Origin: Octopus vulgaris
Lineage: Eukaryota
Length of the DNA stretch: 64,000 nt
Assembly (NCBI GenBank): GCA_951406725.2
Contig: OX597824.1
Location: forward strand, 69,254,001 to 69,318,000
Direction of reading: 5' to 3'
Positions 54,285 through 64,000 of the stretch are shown here, piece by piece; the stretch's first letter is position 1, and every line of letters starts with the position of its first letter. The notes under the pieces were generated by a model, which made no database searches, was not told the origin of the DNA, and saw nothing but the letters and a program-made list of their open reading frames with translations. The position numbers and the translations under genes were made by a program.

Positions 54285-55152
54285 ACGGTTTCAAATTTTA
54301 CCACAAAGGCAGCAATTTTGGAAGAGGGGACAGGTCGATTACATCGACCCCAGTGTTCAAGTGGTACTTGTTTTATCGTTCCTAGAAGGATGAACGGTAA
54401 AATCGACCTCGGCGGAATTTGAACTTAGAACGTAGCCACGGCCGAAATACCGCGAAGCATTTCGTCCGGCGTTCTAACGATTCTGCCAGCTCGCAGCCTT
54501 ATTCATAATAATAATAAAAACGGATTTAAATTATGTTACAAGGGCAGCCATTTTGGAGACGGAGAGTGTCGATTACATCGACCCCAGTGTTCAACTGGTA
54601 CTTATTTTATCGTTCCCAGAAGGATGAACGGTAAAGTTGATCTCGGCGGAATTTGAACTCAAAACGTAGCGATGGCCGAAATACCGCAAAGCATTTCGTT
54701 CGGCGCTCTAACGATTCTGCCAGCTCGCAGCCTTATTATTAATAATAATAAAAACGGATTTAAATTATGTTACAAGGGCAGTCATTTTGGAGAAGGAGAG
54801 TGTCGATTGCATCGACCCCAGTGTTTCACTGGTACTTAATTTATCGACCCCGAACAGATGAAAAGGAAAGTCGTCCTCTTCAAAATTTGAACTCATAATG
54901 TAGCGATGGGCGAAATACCTATTTCTTTACTACCCACAAGGGGCTAAACTCAGAGAGGACAATCAAGGACAGACAAACGGATTAAGTCGATTATATCGAC
55001 CCCAGTGCGTAACTGGTACTTAATTTATCGATCCCGAAAGGATGAAAGGCAAAGGCGACCCCGGCGAAATTTGAACTCAGAACGTAACGGCAGACGAAAT
55101 ACGGCGGCGCATTTCGCCCAGCGTGCTAACGTTTCTGCCAGCTCGCCGCCTT
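54285..55152 (-). mobile_element. SINE-C tandem array (local duplications plus tail-1 concatemer)
   Basis: Units of about 235 bp; ataataataaaaacggatttaaattatgttacaagggcag is identical near 54508 and 54742; tail-1 junction near 54918. Confidence 0.88.
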
Positions 55153-55387
55153 ATTAATAATAATAATAACAATATCTTCAATGGCGCCACCATTACTACC
55201 GACTCCACAAATCTCCACACCACCGCCAACACTGTATCACGCAAAAAAAAAATATATATATCACCACTTCCATTAAAAACCACTGGCCTCAAGAAAAACC
55301 AAAACTGTTTCACCAACAACACCGAACTTAACACCAACGCCATCATGTTACGACCGGTAGTAATAGTCGTGGTATTTTTCCCTCTCT

Positions 55388-55581
55388 TTTCTCTTTTACT
55401 TTTTCAGTCATTTGATTGCGGCCATGCTGGAGCACGGCCTTTAGTCGAGCAAATCGACCCCAGGACTTATTCTTTGTAAGCCTAGTACTTATTCTATCGG
55501 ACTCTTTTGCCGAACCGCTAAGTTACGGGAGCATAAACTCACGAGCATCGATTGTCAAGCGATGTTGGGGGGACAAACACA

Positions 55582-55659
<78 letters not shown>

Positions 55660-55716
55660 TACGACGGGCTTCTTTCAGTTTCCGTCTACCAAATCCACTC
55701 ACAAGGCTTTAGTTGG
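55388..55716 (-). mobile_element. SINE-D lacking its head
   Basis: Tail and internal microsatellite present; stops at cacaaggctttagttggc. Confidence 0.85.
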
Positions 55717-55719
55717 CTT

Positions 55720-57250
55720 CGACCATCGTGATTTGCAATCCGTCCCGAAAGCCGCCGGGTTTGGACATGTTTTTAAAGGTTTGGACAGTTGTCAAAGTAA
55801 AGAACACTTCTCGGAGCTATTTCTTATTACACACTCGGTCCTATAAGGTTATCCCTCTTCTCTTCATGCTGTTCCTTGAGCTACTGATGTGGAGGCTGGA
55901 ACGTTTGATGAGCGTTTGATGGGCAGGCTATGCTATAGCGTCACCGTCATTGTGTCGGAAGCGATTGAAGTGGACCAATTGGCACTATTCAGAAGGAATA
56001 CAAGACGGTAGCAGGGGGTTAAGATTAATCTAACCAAGTCTTGCCGCTTGGCGTCTGGGGAATCATATAAATACTGAATAACATCGTTATTAGATGCTAG
56101 ACTAAGGGACCAATTATATAACCGGCAGCATGGTTCAATCTTAACTTCTTGATGAACTGGAAATGAGATGTAGGGAGGAGCAGTGGCTGCAAAGGTAGCC
56201 AGAAATGTGCTGAGAAGCTATCCCTGAAACGCCAAACAGCAGTGACGAATGCTACATCACATCTGTTGTCTACTGCCTGATAATTGTGCTCAGCCCCAAT
56301 TACCACCTGACTGAAGAGGAGCGTCTGCTATTCAAATTCATGTGTATAGGACGCTTTCCAATGGTCAGGCGAACCATGACTTTCTTCTCGCACCACTGCA
56401 CGATAGCTTTATCATATCGCGGTTGTTGATGTCCAGACATATGTCAAGGCTGTGCCTCAGCATAGATCCGTAAATGTTAAGCAGTTATGATGATTGGTCG
56501 TTAGAAGCGTCTTTCTGAATCTTATCCCTGTGACATAACTGCAGACCTGGAAGGGGCAAAAACCGAGACAATATTCCTGACACGTAGAATGTTGGTGAAC
56601 GCACACCGCCCTCCACCAGTAGGGCAACCGAACTGGTATATGTTCCGCTCAAGTAATTTATAGAAGGTTAGTGATGGGAATTAGATGACGTCTTTGGATA
56701 GGCTCTGGAAGACAGTGAAAACGAATTGCCTAATCTGTTTTGAGGAACATTTGGTTCGTAGACTGTTTTGGAGAAATCCTGGAAATCGTTGTTCTGGCAA
56801 TGCTGCTGATCTGAGATAAGTGCCGCCAGACGGCCCTATTTGAGAGAGAGAATGCGGCGAAACCGATCTGCTCGCACTCGTTCAGCGGCTGGGCAACGCT
56901 AAATCGTGGAGTTATGTCGAGCAGCCGCTGTCAGCCGTGTCCATTTTGATGAATGCTTTGCCATCATACTTTAATCGATCAGAGAAGACGGTTCTCTTCT
57001 GTCTAGTGGCTATAGGAAAAGAAGTGTTTCGTACAAGCATCTGAGGTTGTGTTTCGTTGAAGCGTTTAAGGAAAAAGAGTTTTGTCTGTGAGAGAGCTCT
57101 CATCAACTTCTTCAAGTTTCACTTGAAAAGGAGAAATAGGAGATGGAGATGCTGTCTTAGAGTGAATTTATTGAAAGATGGGCGAGATTTGAGAAGATGG
57201 CAAGAGAATATGGCACGGCACTAACCATAGATAAATCTGTAGACCGAAGA
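55720..57250 (-). other. Microsatellite-free, higher-GC block; possibly a decayed LINE 5'/ORF1 region
   Basis: Fragments such as QKRTVF and a Cys/His-rich PVRLPYW..C..C..GFCP stretch; no long ORF. Confidence 0.3.
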
Positions 57251-58170
57251 TCGATAGTTAGGGAGGGCACTTAATCTTGATATTCAGGGTGATGTTCCTT
57301 GATGGAACCTCTGCTGTTGCTACTACTACTACTACTACTACTAGTAGTAGTAGTAGTAGTAGTGCTGCTGCTACTACTACAACTACTACTAGTACTACTG
57401 CTGCTGCTGTAGTAGTAGTATACATCCTGCCATTTCTACAGCAACCAAAGCGATCTCTGCTTCTTGATGTTGGCAGGTTTCTCATGCACTATTACAAAGG
57501 CGCGCGCGAAACATTCTCGATTCTCTTCCCTCTCCAAATCATTCAAAACATGACAACATCCCACCACAAACCTGGGTTTTACATCAACCACTTTGAAATC
57601 ATGTCCGTCCACGCTAGAACGTTATAACTATGGAAATCTTGCCGTGTCAGTGTGATAATATTGGTGTGGCCGTTGATGTGAGAGATACTGTTTTTTAAGA
57701 GGAGGGAAAGAAAAAAACAATCTATATGTAATTCGCCACTCGTAGAAACCTTTAAAAAGGCTGTGGGTACCAGCTCTTCTTTCTGAAAGACCGACTTAAT
57801 AGACAATACTAAAAGCAGACTACAAGCACTGAGTCTGTCATTTCCTTCTCATCTGATATTCCTTAATTGTAATTCCTACGTGGAGGAAACAGATTTCTGT
57901 TTTTTTGTCTAAAAGATCTCGAAATATGCAAAAATAGATAAATAGGTAAATAAATTAATAGATAAAAGTAAAAATTATCTCTCCACCTCATAGATAAAGC
58001 AGTGCACATACACATATTCACGTGATTACAGGTCCATAAATGCAAATACAAGCACACATCTATAACAGACATACATATGCAGACTTAAGTGTGTAGATAG
58101 ACAGATAGATAAATAGTAATGTAGATAGATATATAGAGACATACAAATACACATACAGACATATAAGTGC

Positions 58171-58210
<40 letters not shown>

Positions 58211-58379
58211 CATACATACCAATGTCTATATGCACGTATATATATCTATGAATAAGCGCATAGGTACACATCTACATAGGCCTATCTGCGTAAGTATATA
58301 CATACACACACGTATGTTGAGATGTACACTCAGACATATGCGTATATTTTATACACACGTACATAGAAATATACACACA

Positions 58380-58442
58380 TACATACAAGGGTACATGCAA
58401 ACTAACATATATATATACACATACAACAATACATGCCACCAT

Positions 58443-58491
<49 letters not shown>

Positions 58492-58656
58492 CAACCATAC
58501 ATACATAGATACATACACACATATACATAGATGCATGTACATGGAAACGTACGTATATATACATGCACAAACATACATAAACACATACATGGAAACATAG
58601 GCATGCATTAATACATACATACACACATACATAGATACATACACACACATGCATAC

Positions 58657-58687
<31 letters not shown>

Positions 58688-59004
58688 CACATACATACAC
58701 ACACATACATACATACATACATACAAATACATATATACGCACATACATAAATGCATACATACACACATACATACATACACATACTTACATAGATACATAC
58801 ACACATACATACATACGCACACATAAATACACATGCACGCACATACATACACACACAGATATGCACACATACATACATACATACATACATACATACACAC
58901 ACATACAACTATGTACACAAATTTACAAGCATACACATGCATACATACATACACGCACATACATACATATACACACATACACACATACATACATATACAC
59001 ACAC

Positions 59005-59039
<35 letters not shown>

Positions 59040-59145
59040 TATACATACACACATATACACACACACATATACACAATTACACACATACATACATAAATAC
59101 ATACATACATACATAAATACATACATACATACATACATACATACA

Positions 59146-59177
<32 letters not shown>

Positions 59178-59200
59178 CATACATACATACATACATACAC
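58380..59200. repeat. Long degenerate (TACA)n/(CA)n field
   Basis: Direct reading; explains the 298-aa pseudo-ORF. Confidence 0.95.
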
Positions 59201-59929
59201 ACGTGGGTTTTCAGACGGGAAAAGATCAATCAAAGGTATTTCCATATATTTCCTTACTAAATGAACGAATCAAAGTCAATGATTTATATGTCTATATAAC
59301 ATTTTCCTGATATTTTACGCCCCAATAAATATACATATATTTATAACAACATATTTATTTATATATATACACACACATACATACACATATATACTTACAC
59401 ATACCGATATATACACAAATAATTATGTACATATATATACGTATGTATGGGTGTTTGTGTGTGTGTGTGTGTTTGTAGGTGTGTGTGTGTTTGCGTGCGC
59501 GTGTGTCGGTTCCTTGACGTTTATCAATCTTCTGTGACGACTCACATTTCCGCTTTGATGTCTCTCACTTTAAAACATAAAACCAATCACTCACTCACAC
59601 ACTCACATACACACACACGCGCGCACACACACACGCACGCACACACACACAAGTATAGGCACTTGATCAATTTCAGTCTTGTAGCATACACCTACTCCAA
59701 TACATATTTCAATACGCATATATATATATATATATGTATGTATGTATATATATATATGCGTGTATTTCTGTGTGTGTCAGTGTATGTGTGTATGTATTTA
59801 TGGCCGTAGACATATGGATGTATAATAACTTCAAGATTATCTACTTATATATATATATGATATATATGAACGAAGTTATCTCCACCTTTGTGTGTCGCTA
59901 TCTCATAGGCTCTATGGGGTTCATATATG

Positions 59930-59962
<33 letters not shown>

Positions 59963-60546
59963 ATACTCATATGTATGTATGTATGTATGTATGTATGAAT
60001 GTGTGTCTATAAGTAGGTCTACATATGTGTGTGTGTATATGTATAAATATATATAGATGCCTGTGCGTGCCTAAATTTATATCTACATATAAATGTCTTT
60101 ATATAATGACACATATAAATATGTATGAATAAATAATATACTTGTGTATTCATGCATATTACAGCTGTCTGCGAGCACGCGCACACTTCCATACACACAC
60201 CTACACACACATATACGTATACACACACACACACATATATATAATATATATATATATATATACACACGCACCTATATATATATTTTTTTTTTGATTATAT
60301 ATATATTATATATATATATACATATCATATATATATTTTTATTATATGTATATATCTTTATATGTATTATATATGAATATTATATCTCTATGTATATATA
60401 TTTCTTTTATTATATATGTATATTTTTAAATGTATGTATATGAATGAAGAAAGGTTGATATACAAATATATCTTACGTATGTGATCCAAAATTCTACACA
60501 GGAGTACATGTGTATAGGAATAAAAATTTCTTCCTAGTTTACAGGC

Positions 60547-60780
<234 letters not shown>

Positions 60781-60948
60781 GTAAAAAGGATTAGTCAGAA
60801 GTGACGAAGCTAACGTCCCTTGGTATATTTACAAACAGGAATAAGATGTCTTTGAAATTTCCCAACGAAATTAAATGAAACACTGCTCATAACGTTATTA
60901 TGACCTTCTCTACCCTTTCAAATCGCTCCTCTCTCTCTCTCTCTTTGT

Positions 60949-60981
<33 letters not shown>

Positions 60982-60997
60982 AATATATATATGTGTT

Positions 60998-61034
<37 letters not shown>

Positions 61035-61123
61035 CTTTCTGTCTGTCTCGCTCTCTTTCTTTCTTCACGTCTTTCTTTCTCTCTCTCCCTCCCTTTCTCT
61101 CTCTACTTTTTCTCTATATATAG

Positions 61124-61155
<32 letters not shown>

Positions 61156-61175
61156 CTGTGTCTATGTGTGTATGT

Positions 61176-61212
<37 letters not shown>

Positions 61213-61337
61213 TGTATATATATATATATATATATGGTATGTATGTATGCATGTATGTATGTATGTGTGTATGTATGTATGTATATATATATATATATGT
61301 ATGTATGTATGCATGTGTATGTATGTATGTATGTATG

Positions 61338-61369
<32 letters not shown>

Positions 61370-61377
61370 TATATACA

Positions 61378-61857
61378 CGAGAGGGTACCCAAAACAAACC
61401 GGAATTTTGCAATATTAATTTATTCCCTTTCATCGCCCTCAAAATAGTCTCCATTTGAAGGAATGAAACTGTCCAGACGTGTTTTCTAGTGTTCCAAGCA
61501 ATGCTGGAACTCATGCGATGTGATATATCCGTGTTTTTCTTTTCTTTTTTCACCTGTTCCGCATCTGCAAATTTCGTAGCACCAGATTTCATCACCAGTG
61601 ATCAGCTGCTGTTTGAAGCATGACACCTGTATCAGCCGCCGTTTCCCCCGGCAGAAAATAGAATTTCACGGAAACACGCTTTTCCTTCGTTTTAATCATT
61701 TCAGAAATCGACGAACAGGGGGAAGCACTGTAAAACAAAGCCCCACCACAGCTGTGGACAACGCTTGTTGGCAGACTGATGCCTGAGGATTGCATCAAGT
61801 GACTTCTTGCGGCAAACCTAGAACTACAACGGTTATGTTAGTGTTGGGTACCCCACG
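61378..61857 (-). mobile_element. Internally deleted mariner (second family, CGAGGG-type TIR)
   Basis: TIRs cgagagggtacccaa / ttgggtaccccacg|TA; [42 protein letters not shown]. Confidence 0.88.
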
Positions 61858-61869
61858 TATATATATATA

Positions 61870-62000
61870 GTTCGAATTTACAGAAAACAATAGAGGAAGA
61901 CAGATGAAGGAACAACAAGTAGGTGTATTAGTTTGACACACGGGAAGGATGGAAAAGCCTTTGACGTTTCGATCCTACGCTCTTCGAAAGAAAGGAATGA
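61870..62000 (-). mobile_element. Penelope-like terminal fragment with degenerate minimal hammerhead (61958-61995)
   Basis: Minus: ccttt-CTTTCGA-A-GAGC-gtag-GATC-GAAA-CG-TC-aaagg; paralogue of 9927-10057. Confidence 0.55.
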
Positions 62001-62220
62001 GAAGGAAAAGAACTGGAGAGAGATCGAAAAAAAGATTTAGCTGTTATTTTTAGCAGATGGTGTACACATATCCCGGCAACGTCGATGGCGTCTTACGCTG
62101 AGATTTTATGTAGAACCTCTGTCATTGACTCTTGAGGTCGTTGCTTTAAAGCAAGGAAGAGAGATAAAAAATGACGATAAGGTTGCTTCTATGAACATAT
62201 TGGAATATATTGGTTATTGT

Positions 62221-62400
62221 AAGGAGGCGAGCTGATAGATTCGTTAGCACGCCGGACAAAATACTTGGCGTCATTTCGTTTGCCTTTGAACGTTATGAGT
62301 TCAAATTCCGCTTAGGTTGGTTTTGCCTTTTATCATTTCGGGGTCGATAAAATAAGTACCAGTCGAACACTGGGGTCGATGTAATTGACTTACCACCCTC
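62221..62400 (+). mobile_element. SINE-C
   Basis: ggaggcgagctg...gagttcaaattccg...ggggtcgataaaataagtaccag. Confidence 0.82.
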
Positions 62401-62784
62401 CACCGATAGACTGAGTTACTATACAGACTAACCATAAATTTTCTATCTGGCGTTTGTGGCCGATATTCTAAAGAATTTCTGATAAAAGATTAGGTTACTT
62501 TGTGATCAAACAATCTGTCATATACGGTAGACGAACTTGTTGGCAGTCAATGCTTGATATGTTGGAAAAAGCAGACAAATTTCTCGTGGGATGTAAATAC
62601 TTAGACCGGTTGTCAAACGGTGGTGATACACATACAGACACACAGAAGCACAAACACGCATACACACACACGTACACAGAGATACGCACACACACACACA
62701 CACATATATATATGCATATGTATATGTATATGCCTATTAATCTATCTGTCTGTCAATCTACCTACCCCTCTCTGTCTCTGTCTC

Positions 62785-62831
<47 letters not shown>

Positions 62832-62832
62832 G

Positions 62833-62875
<43 letters not shown>

Positions 62876-62979
62876 GTCTGTCTATCTGTCTATCTATCTA
62901 TCTATCTGTCTATCTATCTATCTATCTATCTATCTAGCTAGCTATTTGTGTGTGTGTGTTTGCATATCTGTTTGTTTGT

Positions 62980-63390
62980 ATCTTTTATCTTTCTCTTGTT
63001 TCAGACATTTGACTGCGGCTATCCTGCGGCACCAACCTGAAGGGTTTTAGTTGAACAAATCGACCATAGGACTTATTTTTTTAAGCCTAATACTTTTTCT
63101 ATCGGTGTCTTCTGTTGAACCGCCAGTTTACGGGGACTTAAACACAGCAACACCGGTAGTCAACTGTTGGTGGGGGACAAACATAGACACAGACACACAC
63201 ATATTTATATACATACATATAAATATACATACATACATACATACATACATACATACAACTGGCTTCTGTCAGTTTCCGTTTATCAAAACCACTCACAAGG
63301 CTTTAGTAAGCCCGAGGCTAAGGTGCTGCGCAGTTGGCTGGAACCCGGAAGCACGTAGTCGAGAAATAGGCTTCTTACCACACAGCCATA
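62980..63390 (-). mobile_element. SINE-D, diverged
   Basis: Family D tail, (TACA)n centre and head in reverse complement. Confidence 0.8.
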
Positions 63391-63791
63391 CCTTTAAATG
63401 GCTTATATATATATAACAATTGCAGCGTGGAAGGTGTTTATAAGCCATTTAAGAAACACACAAATACCTTTAGATTCATTTTGACATTTAAATTTGCCAA
63501 AATATTTTCATCACTTTGAGACCGCGACTTGTTCACTGAGAAAATTCCGTGCTGCATCTGAGACAGTAACAGTTAGTTAATGATTCATGTACAAGTGTAT
63601 GTATGTATGTATGTATGTATGTATGTATGTATGTATGTATGTATATACGTATGTATACATGTAAATGTGTGTGTGTACATGTATGTGCGTATGCATATGT
63701 GTACATGCGTATGCATGTGTGCATGCCTCTACGCATGTATGTATGTATGTATGTATGTATGTATGTATGTATGTATGTATGTATGTATGTA

Positions 63792-64000
63792 TCAGGTCAT
63801 CAAATACGTTCCGTCCGAATTTTGTGTAAAGAAAACAAGTGATCAAATGTTATATTTAATTGAAATTTAATCGTCAATGTACTTTCCCTGATTATCTAAG
63901 ACTTTCTTTAATCTATTTACAAGTTTTTTTTAATCCCATCAATGTAAAACTCTTTTTGGTTTCAAAGCGAAGAACTCTGAAATGTCAGTTTCGACTTCCT
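63792..64000 (-). mobile_element. Mariner 3' end (third family), runs off the window
   Basis: Minus: EVETDISEFFALKP..FYIDGIKK..RLKKVLDNQGKYIDD*; putative TIR TA|tcaggtcatcaaatacgttcc. Confidence 0.85.

Noticed and set aside
53866-54385. Mucin-like or proline-rich ORFs
   Set aside because: Degenerate CAC/CAA/GGA repeats running into a SINE.
58349-59245. 298-aa ORF and the many similar [12 protein letters not shown] ORFs
   Set aside because: Translations of stop-free dinucleotide and tetranucleotide microsatellites.

Overview
AT-rich eukaryotic, repeat-saturated DNA with no recognisable host protein-coding exon, so probably a large intron or intergenic region. The dense (TA)n/(CA)n/(TACA)n/(TAA)n/(TCTA)n microsatellites and the tRNA-derived SINE families point to an octopus-like coleoid cephalopod (inference). 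Nearly all ORFs in the supplied track are microsatellite or SINE translations. The window holds four tRNA-derived SINE families (labelled A-D here), four non-autonomous Helitrons, several Tc1/mariner lineages including a DD37D/maT pseudogene split by a pogo-like MITE, hAT and piggyBac-like MITEs, and RTE and Dong/R4 LINE remnants. Most notable: (1) a series of type I hammerhead-ribozyme-like motifs with palindromic helix III, the best at 11976-12075 (-) with an unusually long helix II; (2) SINE-C concatemers that reuse one internal junction at independent loci and swap 3' tails; (3) two local inverted duplications, one of which splits a SINE. Coordinates were read by eye and may be a few bases off.
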